From Ruminiclostridium sp. (GTDB lineage Bacteria > Bacillota > Clostridia > Oscillospirales > Ruminococcaceae), in the NCBI GenBank assembly GCA_017941355.1, contig JAGAWN010000045.1, positions 19,711-83,710 on the forward strand: 64,000 nucleotides of DNA, written 5' to 3'. Positions 18,091 through 27,613 of this stretch are shown here, one piece after another. Made by a program: the position numbers and the translations under genes. Below the pieces are notes generated by a model, which was not told the DNA's origin, did no database searches, and saw only the letters and a list, made by a program, of their open reading frames with translations. Within the stretch, counting starts at the first letter, position 1. Every line of letters starts with the position of its first letter.

Positions 18091-19392
18091 TTAAATAGAT
18101 GCCTTTCGTGATATATTCAGTACAACGCCCATTTCGCCCATCTGCATCAGCAGCGCTGTTCCGCCGTAGCTAAGGAACGGCAGCGAAACGCCGGTGTTGA
18201 AGAACGCGTTTGACGCGACTGCGATATTGAGAAACGCCTGGAAGCCTATCTGTATAACTATGCCGGCACACAGCAGCATACCTTCTTTGTCGGGAGCGGA
18301 TGCCGCGATGTAGAATCCGCGCACGATGAGGATAAGGAACAGCAGTACCACAACTACCGCGCCCACAAAGCCCAGCTCCTCAACAATTACCGAGAAGATG
18401 AAGTCGTTCTCCGCGAAAGGCAGGTAGCTGTATTTCTGGTGGGAGTTTCCGAGACCCTGTCCGAACCAGCCGCCCGAACCGAGCGCTATGAGCGACTGAT
18501 AGGTCTGGTAAGTCGCGTGCTGTATGTCGGCTTCGGGATCCTTGAAGCTTAACAGTCTGTCCGAAACGTAGTCGAATCCCATCATCGGGAACACAGTGAA
18601 TACCATTACCGCGCCTGCCGCTATCAGACCCACGAGCAGGGCGACGTGTGTGATCCTTGCTCCGCCGATGAACAGCATACATATAGAAATGAACAGGATT
18701 ATGAGCGTTGCCGAGAGGTGCGGCTGCATTACGACGAGCAGGCAGGCTATGCCTATCCGCAGCACTATCGGGAAAAAGCCTTTGGTGAAGCTTTTCATCT
18801 TGTCATAGTTGCGCTGCATATACTCGGCTATGACCATGATGGTTACGAATTTCAGTATCTCCGAGGGCTGCACCGTTACAGGTCCTACCTGTATCCAGCG
18901 TTCCGCGCCGTTTACCGTGCTGCCCATTACGCGGACGAGTATCATAAGTCCCGCCGAGATCACTATTGCCGATTTCATGACCAGCTTTGTGAACAGGATA
19001 TGATAATCTATAAATGATATCACTATCATAGCCGCCAGTCCGCCCAATGCGAACAAAAGCTGACGCTTGATGAAGTAGAAGCTGTCGCCGTAGGTGAACT
19101 TTGCGGAAGCGTAAGATGCCGAAAACAGCATGACCAGACCGAATGTCAGCAGGATCAGGACTATGAGGAAAAATGAGAAATCAAACTTCTGCGGTATCGA
19201 GAAGTCGATGACTCTTTTTTTGTTTTTGGGAACTGCCGCTTCTTTGGGTATTCTGGTCGCCGTGCGGCGTTGTGCGGCGGGAGCCTGCGCGGTACCCGCG
19301 TTTCCGTTATACATACGCATGGGGCGGGCGCTTGTAAGCGACTGCCGCTGGATACGCCCCGTGCGTCTTGTCATGCTCTGTGAGGATTCCAT
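18091..19392 (-). CDS. ftsW: FtsW/SpoVE (SEDS family) peptidoglycan polymerase
   Basis: 433 aa polytopic membrane protein with the SEDS motifs LPFLSYGGTALL and PSEILKF. It carries a ~70-aa basic N-terminal extension. Confidence 0.88.
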   Translation of the reverse strand: MESSQSMTRRTGRIQRQSLTSARPMRMYNGNAGTAQAPAAQRRTATRIPKEAAVPKNKKRVIDFSIPQKFDFSFFLIVLILLTFGLVMLFSASYASAKFTYGDSFYFIKRQLLFALGGLAAMIVISFIDYHILFTKLVMKSAIVISAGLMILVRVMGSTVNGAERWIQVGPVTVQPSEILKFVTIMVIAEYMQRNYDKMKSFTKGFFPIVLRIGIACLLVVMQPHLSATLIILFISICMLFIGGARITHVALLVGLIAAGAVMVFTVFPMMGFDYVSDRLLSFKDPEADIQHATYQTYQSLIALGSGGWFGQGLGNSHQKYSYLPFAENDFIFSVIVEELGFVGAVVVVLLFLILIVRGFYIAASAPDKEGMLLCAGIVIQIGFQAFLNIAVASNAFFNTGVSLPFLSYGGTALLMQMGEMGVVLNISRKASI

Positions 19393-19440
19393 GCAATTCC
19401 TCCTTTATCTCTCTTCTGTTATCCTTATCCCTTTTATCTC

Positions 19441-20454
19441 TTATAAGCCGTTTACCAGCAGTATTGCGGCAACACCGCAAGCAGCGCCTATAGCCGAGAA
19501 AACGATCACTATCTTTTCTTCTTTCCAGCCGCGCATTTCAAAGCTGTGGTGGATAGGCGTCATTTTGAACAAACGCTTGCCGTGGGTCAGCTTGAAGTAT
19601 ATTACCTGTATCAGCACGGTCAGCGCTTCCCAGATATACACAGCCGCGGCAATCACCATAAGCACCTCAACGTGCATCGCAACGCCCAGCAGCGATACGA
19701 TACCGCCGAGGAACATCGAGCCGGTATCGCCCATGAACACCTTTGCGGGGTGCCAGTTCCATATCAGGAATCCGAGACAGCCGCCCGCGCAGGCAACCGC
19801 TATCACCGTGTATCCCGCATAGCCGAGCATTGCGGATATCACCGCGAAAACAATGCCGTAAACGAAAGTTACTGAGGAGCAGAGCCCGTCTATGCCGTCG
19901 GTGAGGTTTACGGCATTCACTATGTAGAGTATGCCGAGTCCCATGATTATGTAGTAGAAGTACCAGAGGTCAAGATCCCCGATAAACGGGAATTTGATTA
20001 TCGTGTTCGTGTCGCCGGAAAGCACCTTTGCCGTGAAGAATGCGGCGATCACGAGTATTTGCAGAATGACTTTCTGCATAGGGGTAAGTCCCTCGTTCTG
20101 CTTCTTCTTAACTTTTATGAAGTCATCGAGAAAGCCGATGAAGCCGAAGAAGAACGCTCCCGCAGTGACCGATATGATACCGGTCATTTCCTTATGCGCA
20201 AGCTCGTCTGTACCGAGCAGCCCGTTCACCATGAGCAGGATAACTCCGACAGTTATCGCCGCGACGGTTCCGATAATGAACATCATTCCGCCCATTGTCG
20301 GCGTGCCTTGCTTGTCTTTCTTGTGCCATATAGGTCCGATATCCAGTATCGTCTGCCCGAATTTGAGCTTCCTGAGCCACGGTATCAGCGCAAATCCGAG
20401 TACCGCAGAGATTATCACGGCGGCAGCCGCCGTGGAGATTATTGTCAAAAGCAT
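19441..20454 (-). CDS. mraY: Phospho-N-acetylmuramoyl-pentapeptide transferase
   Basis: 337 aa. NLTDGIDGL and FMGDTGS motifs. Confidence 0.95.
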   Translation of the reverse strand: MLLTIISTAAAAVIISAVLGFALIPWLRKLKFGQTILDIGPIWHKKDKQGTPTMGGMMFIIGTVAAITVGVILLMVNGLLGTDELAHKEMTGIISVTAGAFFFGFIGFLDDFIKVKKKQNEGLTPMQKVILQILVIAAFFTAKVLSGDTNTIIKFPFIGDLDLWYFYYIIMGLGILYIVNAVNLTDGIDGLCSSVTFVYGIVFAVISAMLGYAGYTVIAVACAGGCLGFLIWNWHPAKVFMGDTGSMFLGGIVSLLGVAMHVEVLMVIAAAVYIWEALTVLIQVIYFKLTHGKRLFKMTPIHHSFEMRGWKEEKIVIVFSAIGAACGVAAILLVNGL

Positions 20455-20466
20455 CTGATTTCCTCT

Positions 20467-21900
20467 TTATTTGCAGAGTTCTTTTATTATTTCATGTTCG
20501 CTGAAGTGCATATAATTGTCGCCGATCACCTGGTACTCTTCATGTCCCTTGCCGCAGAGCGCTATAACATCGCCCTTGCGTGCCATTCCGACAGCCAGCT
20601 TTATCGCTTGCAGTCTGTCGGTGTCGGTGTGGACTTCACATTCTCCGTCAAATCCCGACCTGACCTGCTCGATAATGCTCTGCGGATCCTCAAAGCGCGG
20701 ATTATCGGAGGTGATCACCGCGATATCCGCATAGCCGGATACGCATTTTCCCATTGCGGGACGCTTACCCGCGTCGCGTTCGCCGGCGGCTCCGAATACC
20801 ACGATCAGCCGTCCTTTAACAAAAGGCTTTATCGCGCCGAGGGTCTTTTCAAGCCCGTCCTCGGTGTGGGCGTAATCGCATATCACGGTGAAGTCCTTGT
20901 CGTACAGCACCTCCGCGCGTCCGCACACACCTTTCACGGTGTTCAGAGCATTCACGGCGCAGCGTATATCAAGCCCTGCCTGCACACAAGCTGCTGCCGC
21001 GCCCATGGAGTTCATCACGTTGAACGCTCCGGGCATGGGGATAGATACCGGGAAAGCCTGTTCGGACTGCTTATCCGTCAGAATGTAGGAGATACCGCCG
21101 CTGCGGGGGGATATCCTGCACGCAGACACATCGGTCATGCGTTCTTCGCTGAGAGCGATAAGCTTTATGCCGCCCTCGTTCCGAAGTTCACTGTACAGCC
21201 GTTCTCCCCACGGATCGTCGGTATTTATCACAGCCGCGCCGCAGCTTGCGAACAGCGATTTTTTCGCCTGGTAGTAATTTTCCATTGTGCCGTGCCAGTC
21301 GAGATGATCCTGCGTTAAGTTCGTGAATATCCCGCACACAAAATGCTCATCAACGAATCTTGACTGGGAGAGCGCCTGCGAGGAGGCTTCCATGACGCAG
21401 TATTCCGCGCCGTTGTCTGCCATTTCTTTAAACAGACGGTATAAGTCGAACTGATACGGGGTGGTGAGGTGCGCTTCATACACCTTTCCGCAGACATCAT
21501 AGCCTGCCGTGCCGATGCAGCCGCACTTATGCCCGTTTTCGTTCAGTATGTGCTTTATGATGTTGACAGTGGTTGTTTTTCCGTTCGTTCCTGTTGCCGC
21601 GATCAGTTTCAGCCGCTTTGTGGGATCCCCGAAATACCGTGATGAAAGCACACCGTACATTCTGCGGGTATCGCCGGTAAGTATCTGCTGCGGGAGACCG
21701 AGATCGTGGTCGGCTACAACGGCGGACGCGCCTTTTGCAAGCATATCCGCACAGGCAGCGTGACCGTCGAAGCTGCGTCCGGTTATGGCAACGAAGATGT
21801 CACCGGGCTTTAATTTGCGTGTGTCATCGGTTATTATGCCGATATCGCGGTCTTCAATTCCTGCGCGCTCATTCTCCGCGAGGATATCATATAGTTTCAA
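20467..21900 (-). CDS. murE: UDP-MurNAc-L-Ala-D-Glu:meso-DAP ligase
   Basis: 477 aa. ATGTNGKTTT P-loop and the TSDNPR (DNPR) motif typical of meso-DAP-adding MurE. Confidence 0.88.
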   Translation of the reverse strand: MKLYDILAENERAGIEDRDIGIITDDTRKLKPGDIFVAITGRSFDGHAACADMLAKGASAVVADHDLGLPQQILTGDTRRMYGVLSSRYFGDPTKRLKLIAATGTNGKTTTVNIIKHILNENGHKCGCIGTAGYDVCGKVYEAHLTTPYQFDLYRLFKEMADNGAEYCVMEASSQALSQSRFVDEHFVCGIFTNLTQDHLDWHGTMENYYQAKKSLFASCGAAVINTDDPWGERLYSELRNEGGIKLIALSEERMTDVSACRISPRSGGISYILTDKQSEQAFPVSIPMPGAFNVMNSMGAAAACVQAGLDIRCAVNALNTVKGVCGRAEVLYDKDFTVICDYAHTEDGLEKTLGAIKPFVKGRLIVVFGAAGERDAGKRPAMGKCVSGYADIAVITSDNPRFEDPQSIIEQVRSGFDGECEVHTDTDRLQAIKLAVGMARKGDVIALCGKGHEEYQVIGDNYMHFSEHEIIKELCK

Positions 21901-21949
21901 GCTATTACCTCCATGAGAATGAGATGATTTTCAAGCACATTTGGTGCAT

Positions 21950-22072
21950 AGCGGGGCGCTGCCCCGCACCTCGGCAGGGGATAGGTGAAGAAACTTTCCC
22001 AAGGGAAAGTTTCTCCCCCTCCCCTGCGACCCCAACCCTCTTTTCAAAGGGATTTACTCCGTGGGTGACTTT
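21950..22072. repeat. Interspersed GC-rich palindromic repeat, family 1, copy A
   Basis: 12-bp stem AGAAACTTTCCC / GGGAAAGTTTCT (21988-22013) followed by CCCCTCCCCTGCGACCCCAACCCTCTTTTCAAAGGGATTTACTCC. Homologous to the copies at 49668, 59065, 62748 and 62913. Confidence 0.8.
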
Positions 22073-22091
22073 TCAGTGAGAGACAGGCTTT

Positions 22092-22221
22092 CTGCCTCGC
22101 TGTGGGAAAGTCAGCGTAAAACTGCTTTGCACTGAGCTGTAATAGTTAGTTTGCGCCGCTCTGAAGTATCTGTAATAGGCAGCGCACATTGCTTAGCACT
22201 TGATATCCCACAGCGAGGCAG
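22092..22221. repeat. 130-bp element bounded by perfect 16-bp inverted repeats
   Basis: CTGCCTCGCTGTGGGA (22092-22107) against TCCCACAGCGAGGCAG (22206-22221). The arms contain the GCGAGGCAG motif shared with repeat family 2. Confidence 0.8.
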
Positions 22222-22266
22222 ATAGCCCGCCAAAAGAAGATAAGTCGATACGGAGTACGTTGGGTG

Positions 22267-24624
22267 TTAACCTACGTCGGCGTTGGCGACGAGGAATGTT
22301 ACTTCTATGACCGTACCCTTGCTGACTTCGGTGCCGGGTTCAATGGACTGTGAGGTTGCCACAGCGTCCGGATTGTTTACGCCGCCGCCGCTGAGGGAGA
22401 TGTTGAGACCGTAATACGCAAGTGTGCTGTTAGCCTGTGTAACTGTGCAGCCGGTGAGATCCGGGACTCTTACGACCTGATCTTCTGCGCCGCGCATATA
22501 AATGACTACCGTTCCGTTCTTCGGAATGGGAGCTGCGGCTTCCGGGATCGTGGATTCGACGATGTTGCTGTTTTCGTCGCCTACGACTTCATATTTCAGA
22601 CCCTTGGTGTTGATAGATGTGATAGCGTCCAGCAGAGATGAGCCGTAAACATACGGGACTGTCGTGTTCTGGAGTTCAAGCTCCTCTGCCGTGTACTGCG
22701 GATATACGCCGAGATATTCGAGACATTCGCTGAACACCGCGGATACAACAGGTGCAGCCACCATGGAGCCGTAATATTTGCCGCCAAGAGGTTCGTCAAC
22801 ACATACAAGCATTATGTATTCCGGATCGTCCGCCGGAGTGTATGCGCAGAAAGAACCGACATAACGCATAGCGTAGTTCGGGTATTCGTCCAGTTTCTGT
22901 GATGTTCCGGACTTGCCGCCTATGCGGTAGCCGGAGATGTAGGCGTTCTGACCGCCGTTTGCCGCGACGACATTTTCGGTGAGCTGACGCATAAGAGCGG
23001 AAGTCTCGCCGCTTATTACCTGTCGCTTTATCGTAGGCTCTGCGGATTTGATGACATTCCCGCTGGCATCGACGATCCTGTCAACGATGTAAGGCTTTAA
23101 GAGGTAGCCTCCGTTTATCGCCGCATTATACGCGCAGATCATCTGCAAAGGGGTTATCTTGTTGGTCTGACCGAATGACGAGGACGCAAGCTCTACGTTT
23201 CCCATTCTCTCATACGGCACATACAGCGGGTATGCCTCGCCGGGCAGATCCACGCCGGTAGGCTCCGTGAATCCGAAAGCCGTGAAGTAGTTGCAGAACA
23301 GCCGTCTGCCGAGTCTCAGCCCTATCTGGATAAATGACGGGTTGCAGGATTTGGTGAGCGCGTCCTGGAGACTGAGCGTTCCGTGACCGCCCAGCGTCCA
23401 GCAGTGTATCGGCGTGTCCTCAACCTGATATACACCGAGGCACTGGAATGACGAGTTCAGCCCGATCACTTCCTCCTCAAGGGCGGAGGCGCAGGTTATG
23501 ACCTTGAATACGGAGCCGGGGAAGTACAGTTCCGATACAGCCTTGTTCTTCCACTGCAATTCGCGCATTGCCGCACGTTCGGCTTCAAGATCCTGCTCGA
23601 TCATCTCGTCGATCGCTTTCTGATCTGTCGTGCTGCCTGCCATGTAGTCGAGAATGAGTTGTTCGCGCAGTTCGGCAAGCTTGTTCTCGTCCTGCTCGGA
23701 AAGTTTCGAGGGATTGTTGAGATCGTAGCCGGGAGCCGTAGCCATTGCGATGATAGCGCCTGTCTTGGCATTCATTATGATGCCTGTTGCGCGATTTGCG
23801 ACGACGTGCTGCTTTACCGCGCTTTCGAGGTTCTTTTCGAGGTAATACTGAACGGTGCTGTCAAGGGTGAGCACAATGCTGTTGCCGTCACTTGCCTCGT
23901 AACGGTTCTCATAGTCGTAGGGCATAGCGTTGCCCTTTGCGTCTTTTGCCATGACGATAAGACCGTCGGTTCCCTGCAGGTAGTTGTCGTAGTAGGCTTC
24001 AAGACCGTAAACGCCCTCGTTGTCGTAGTTCGTGAAGCCGATGATGCTGGAAGCGAGACTGTCGTTAGGGTAATAGCGCTTGCTGTTCTCCATGAGGTTT
24101 ACGGTGAATGCCGCAAGCTTGTTTTCGGTGATAAAAGCCTGGATCTTATCGTAGGTGTCTTTATCCACCTTTTTCTTTACTATGAAATATTCGTTTTTGA
24201 AATTCTTGCAGCCGTCGCGTATCTTCTGCACGTCAACGTCGAGTATCTGCGAGAGTTTTTTGCAGATAAGCTCGGTCATTGGCGGTTTGCCGTTCTTCAC
24301 AAGTTCCTCGTCCATTTCGGCAATAGCTTTCGGTGAAAGCACGACATCCCAGACGGTGGTACTCTGGGCGAGGATCTTGCTGCTGCGGTCATAGATAGTG
24401 CCGCGGTTGGCGGAGATAGTATAGCTGCTGAGCTGCTGGGAGTTTGCCTTTGAGCGGTAATACTCCGAGCGCACAACGGCTGTGTTGTATATTACCGTAC
24501 AAATATAGCCTGCCGCAAAAATAAGCAGAGTAAGCACGACCCAGAACATCCTCCGCTTCATTTTGTTCGTCGGAGCAAGTATGGGCGTGCTTTGGGTACT
24601 GTCGGGCATTCTTTTGTTTGCCAT
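22267..24624 (-). CDS. Class B penicillin-binding protein (FtsI/SpoVD/PBP2B-like) with two C-terminal PASTA domains
   Basis: 785 aa. N-terminal TM, SxxK (SVFK), SxN (SCN), KSG (KSGT), and two PASTA-like repeats at the C-terminus. Confidence 0.9.
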   Translation of the reverse strand: MANKRMPDSTQSTPILAPTNKMKRRMFWVVLTLLIFAAGYICTVIYNTAVVRSEYYRSKANSQQLSSYTISANRGTIYDRSSKILAQSTTVWDVVLSPKAIAEMDEELVKNGKPPMTELICKKLSQILDVDVQKIRDGCKNFKNEYFIVKKKVDKDTYDKIQAFITENKLAAFTVNLMENSKRYYPNDSLASSIIGFTNYDNEGVYGLEAYYDNYLQGTDGLIVMAKDAKGNAMPYDYENRYEASDGNSIVLTLDSTVQYYLEKNLESAVKQHVVANRATGIIMNAKTGAIIAMATAPGYDLNNPSKLSEQDENKLAELREQLILDYMAGSTTDQKAIDEMIEQDLEAERAAMRELQWKNKAVSELYFPGSVFKVITCASALEEEVIGLNSSFQCLGVYQVEDTPIHCWTLGGHGTLSLQDALTKSCNPSFIQIGLRLGRRLFCNYFTAFGFTEPTGVDLPGEAYPLYVPYERMGNVELASSSFGQTNKITPLQMICAYNAAINGGYLLKPYIVDRIVDASGNVIKSAEPTIKRQVISGETSALMRQLTENVVAANGGQNAYISGYRIGGKSGTSQKLDEYPNYAMRYVGSFCAYTPADDPEYIMLVCVDEPLGGKYYGSMVAAPVVSAVFSECLEYLGVYPQYTAEELELQNTTVPYVYGSSLLDAITSINTKGLKYEVVGDENSNIVESTIPEAAAPIPKNGTVVIYMRGAEDQVVRVPDLTGCTVTQANSTLAYYGLNISLSGGGVNNPDAVATSQSIEPGTEVSKGTVIEVTFLVANADVG

Positions 24625-24736
24625 TGTATCTCCTTGGTTAAGTCGGGGTTATCTCCTTTGATTTGTGCAGCTTGTCACTGCACGTCCGCATTACATTATA
24701 TTATCGTTTCTCTCTTTTTATTCCCGTAATGCGGCA

Positions 24737-25246
24737 TCAGAACCCGAGGTAGTCAAGTATGCTGTTGAACCAGTTCCGGATCGAAACAAAGATGTTCTCG
24801 TCGGCTTCCGCAACTTCGGTCATATCCTCGGTATTCAGTGTAATGAACTGTATCTGGGAACTCTGGGTCTTTTGCAGTCCCAGTTCCTGCGATGCTATCT
24901 TTTCAACATTATCCAGCGTGTACATACTGTCAAGCTCCGCGTTGAGGCGCACATTTTCACGCTCCGCAAGCTCTATGTCGTTCTTTGCTTCGCTGATCCT
25001 TGTGGTATAATCCGAGATCTCCACCTTGCTGTACAGCATAGCAAAAGCGATGATCGCGGCAAACGCGGCGACTGCAAACGCGGCGATGACGCTTCCGTTT
25101 CGTCCTACGGATTTTTTCTGTGTTATAGCGATATCTGCCTTTTGCTTGCGCTGTTTTTCCCGTTCACGCTTTTTACGTTCGAGATCTTCGTCAGTTTCAA
25201 ACAGCGAAAGGTCATACGCTAAGTTTGAATTGTCGTTATATCTCAT
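24737..25246 (-). CDS. ftsL: FtsL/DivIC-like septum formation protein
   Basis: 169 aa. Basic N-terminus, one TM (VIAAFAVAAFAAIIAFAMLY), then a coiled coil. It sits between rsmH and the PBP gene. Confidence 0.6.
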   Translation of the reverse strand: MRYNDNSNLAYDLSLFETDEDLERKKREREKQRKQKADIAITQKKSVGRNGSVIAAFAVAAFAAIIAFAMLYSKVEISDYTTRISEAKNDIELAERENVRLNAELDSMYTLDNVEKIASQELGLQKTQSSQIQFITLNTEDMTEVAEADENIFVSIRNWFNSILDYLGF

Positions 25247-25277
25247 TGTTATACTTCCTTCCGGTGTGCCGTTTCAG

Positions 25278-26207
25278 TTATTCCGGCAGCTTTTCTATTA
25301 TCCTGAGTTTTGCGCTTCTGCTGCGGGGGTTGTCCGCAAGCTCCGCGTCGTCCGCCGTTATCGGCTTTTTGTTTATCTGCACGGCTCTCGGCTTCTTCCC
25401 GCATACACATACGGGGAAGTCTTTCGGGCAGGTGCAGCCCTCGCACAAGCTTCTGAACTTCTGTTTTACTATCCTGTCCTCAAGGGAGTGAAAGGTTATC
25501 ACCGACAGTCTGCCGCCTGTACCGAGCAGTTCAAAAATATCATCGAGCGCGGTTGTCAGCGCGTCCAGCTCACCGTTCACTTCTATTCTTATCGCCTGGA
25601 AAGTCTTGCGGCATGGATTCTTTTCTTTTCTGACTTTAAGCGGCACATTGCGCTTTATTATCTCCGCAAGCTCGCCGGTGGTCTTTATGGGGGCTTCCGC
25701 TCTTGCCGCGGCTATGCCGTGGGATATCCCGCGGGCGAATTTTTCCTCGCCGTAGTCGAATAGTATCTGCGCCAGCTTGTCCTCCGGGTACTCGTTCACA
25801 ACGTCATAAGCGCTCATACCCTCGCCGCTCATGCGCATATCGAGGGGCGCGTCGTTGTGGAAAGAGAAACCGCGCTCCGGGTCATCGAGCTGATGTGAGG
25901 AAACGCCGAGATCCATCAGCGCCCCATTGAGACTGTCTATCCCGAGTTCGCGCAGGGCACTTTTTATCTCGCTGAAATTGCGGTTCACGAACACGGGTGA
26001 GTATCCGTCGAGCCGCTTTTTTGCCGCTTCTATGGCTTCCTTGTCCCGATCGAAACAGATAAGCTTTCCGGTTTTGCCGAGCCGCCTCGCTATCTCAAGG
26101 CTGTGACCGCCGCCGCCTGTGGTGCAGTCGGCGTAGATGCCGTTTTCCCGGACGTTCAGCCCGTCAACGGCAGGCATGAGCAGTACCGAGGTATGCTGAA
26201 ACTCCAT
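25278..26207 (-). CDS. rsmH: 16S rRNA (cytosine1402-N4)-methyltransferase RsmH/MraW
   Basis: Start reassigned to MEFQHTSVLL (ATG 26207, 1 nt after the mraZ stop). SAM motif DCTTGGGGHS. The 26312 start in the ORF track would overlap mraZ. Confidence 0.92.
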   Translation of the reverse strand: MEFQHTSVLLMPAVDGLNVRENGIYADCTTGGGGHSLEIARRLGKTGKLICFDRDKEAIEAAKKRLDGYSPVFVNRNFSEIKSALRELGIDSLNGALMDLGVSSHQLDDPERGFSFHNDAPLDMRMSGEGMSAYDVVNEYPEDKLAQILFDYGEEKFARGISHGIAAARAEAPIKTTGELAEIIKRNVPLKVRKEKNPCRKTFQAIRIEVNGELDALTTALDDIFELLGTGGRLSVITFHSLEDRIVKQKFRSLCEGCTCPKDFPVCVCGKKPRAVQINKKPITADDAELADNPRSRSAKLRIIEKLPE

Positions 26208-26208
26208 A

Positions 26209-26628
26209 TTACAGTCCGAGCTCCATTGCAACAGCCACAACATCGTCATCGCTGTTGCTGTTATTGAACGCTTCCCACTTTTCCTTATCCCATATTTCGG
26301 CTCTTCCCTCAAGACCGACGATTACGACATCGGTATCGAGACCCGCGTATTCGCGCAGGGGAGCGGGGATAAGCGCGCGCCCCTGTTTATCCGGCTCGAT
26401 CTCGAAAGCCGAGCCGAACAGGACACGCTGGAGGTTTGCGGTTTTTGTCTGGGGCAAATCGCGTATCTTTGCGACGAGCGCCTGCCAGTCCTCCATTGTA
26501 TATACTTTTATACAATGCTGATCGAGAGTTTTGGAGATCATAAAGACATCGCCAAGCTCGTCACGCAGCTTAACGGGGAAATTCATTCTTCCTTTAGCGT
26601 CCAGTGTGCTTTTGTACTCGCCTCGCAT
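26209..26628 (-). CDS. mraZ: Transcriptional regulator MraZ
   Basis: 139 aa. Begins MRGEYKSTLDAKGRMNFPVKLR and has a duplicated SpoVT/AbrB-like fold (second DKQGRALIP). Confidence 0.93.
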   Translation of the reverse strand: MRGEYKSTLDAKGRMNFPVKLRDELGDVFMISKTLDQHCIKVYTMEDWQALVAKIRDLPQTKTANLQRVLFGSAFEIEPDKQGRALIPAPLREYAGLDTDVVIVGLEGRAEIWDKEKWEAFNNSNSDDDVVAVAMELGL

Positions 26629-26664
26629 GTCTTATCATCTCCTTTCTCCGATGATTTAAAGAGA

Positions 26665-26790
26665 AGTTTTCAACAGTTTCAACAGTTTGCGGCAACAAGT
26701 GGAGGTTTTGCCCTGCGAAACTGTTGAAAACTTTGTGGAAAAGGTTAAAAAGTGAACTTTTTGCCAAAAAAGTGGACAAAAAACCACTTT
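26665..26790. promoter_or_regulatory. Repeat-rich candidate operator region upstream of mraZ
   Basis: Perfect 16-bp inverted repeat at 26665-26680 and 26717-26732. Tandem CAACAGTTT x2. AAAGTGA (26749) and AAAGTGG (26769) are 20 bp apart, and CCACTTT (26784-26790) is inverted relative to them. Confidence 0.5.
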
Positions 26791-27038
26791 GATAATATTA
26801 TACACGCTGCTGCTGAAAAAATCAAGGCATATTTTGCGATTGATGAAACTAAAAGCATAGAACTTTTAAATATTTTTTTGTGTAGTTTTAACAAAAATGC
26901 GCTGTGCAATTTGAAGTGTATTCACAAAAATAATTTACAAAAACGCAAAATATAGTGCTTTCGCCGCAGCCGGACGGCTATATTTTGTACTTTCGCAAAA
27001 GCGGTGGTTATTTCGTCACTTTTTTTTTTCGCCGGGTT

Positions 27039-27048
27039 GTGGTATAAT
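27039..27048 (+). promoter_or_regulatory. Extended -10 promoter element upstream of rimM
   Basis: TGgTATAAT (TG at 27040-27041, TATAAT at 27043-27048), about 30 nt before the rimM ATG. Confidence 0.45.
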
Positions 27049-27079
27049 ATGTCTGCACACTATTATAAAGGAGACCGCT

Positions 27080-27613
27080 ATGAAGAAATACCTCGAAATA
27101 GGAAAGATAACCAAGCTCCAGGGGCTTAAAGGTGAAGTGCGGGTGCAGTATTACTGCGACGAACCGGAAATGCTCTGCGGGTTTGAAACGCTGTATCTCG
27201 GCAGGGAACACACACCCGTACAGCCGCAGAAAGCCCGGTATCTGAAAAATGACGTGGCAGTTCTGAAGCTGACCGGAGTCGATACTCCCGAAGACGCCGA
27301 AAAGCTTATAGGGAAGATGCTGTATTTTGACCGCGGGGATATCGAACTGCCGGAGGATACATGGTTCATACAGGACGTGATCGGTCTGGAAGTGTATGAC
27401 GCGGACACCGGAAAGCTTTACGGCAAGGTAGATGATGTTTACCAAAACGGCACTGCCGATGTGTACTCGATAAAGACCCCCTCCGGCGGTCAGCTGATGT
27501 TCCCTGCGATACCGGAAGTTCTGCTTGATACCGACATTGACGGCGGCAGGATCACCATACGCCCGCTTGAGGGACTGTTTGACCCGGAGGTCGTCGAAGA
27601 TGATAAGGATTAA
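27080..27613 (+). CDS. rimM: 16S rRNA processing protein RimM
   Basis: 177 aa. LEIGKITKLQGLKGEVRV N-terminus and a PRC barrel C-terminus. Adjacent to trmD. Confidence 0.9.
   Translation: MKKYLEIGKITKLQGLKGEVRVQYYCDEPEMLCGFETLYLGREHTPVQPQKARYLKNDVAVLKLTGVDTPEDAEKLIGKMLYFDRGDIELPEDTWFIQDVIGLEVYDADTGKLYGKVDDVYQNGTADVYSIKTPSGGQLMFPAIPEVLLDTDIDGGRITIRPLEGLFDPEVVEDDKD

Noticed and set aside
20059-21318. 419-aa plus-strand ORF
   Set aside because: It is antisense to mraY and murE, both of which carry unmistakable motifs, so it is a shadow ORF of GC-rich coding sequence. The same applies to 13394-14194 (opposite ftsZ), 14686-15522 (opposite ftsQ), 17413-18111 (opposite murG) and 1135-1830 (opposite pilT).
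25278-26312. Longer starts given by the ORF track for rsmH (26312), trmD (27525), ptsH (28582), rplC (32866), rplV (36005), rplX (38470), rpsD (46519), the adhesin (58304), mobC (53643) and others
   Set aside because: The N-terminal extensions overlap upstream genes or spacers, lack RBSs, and do not match the conserved N-termini. Internal Met codons with good RBSs reproduce the canonical protein starts.
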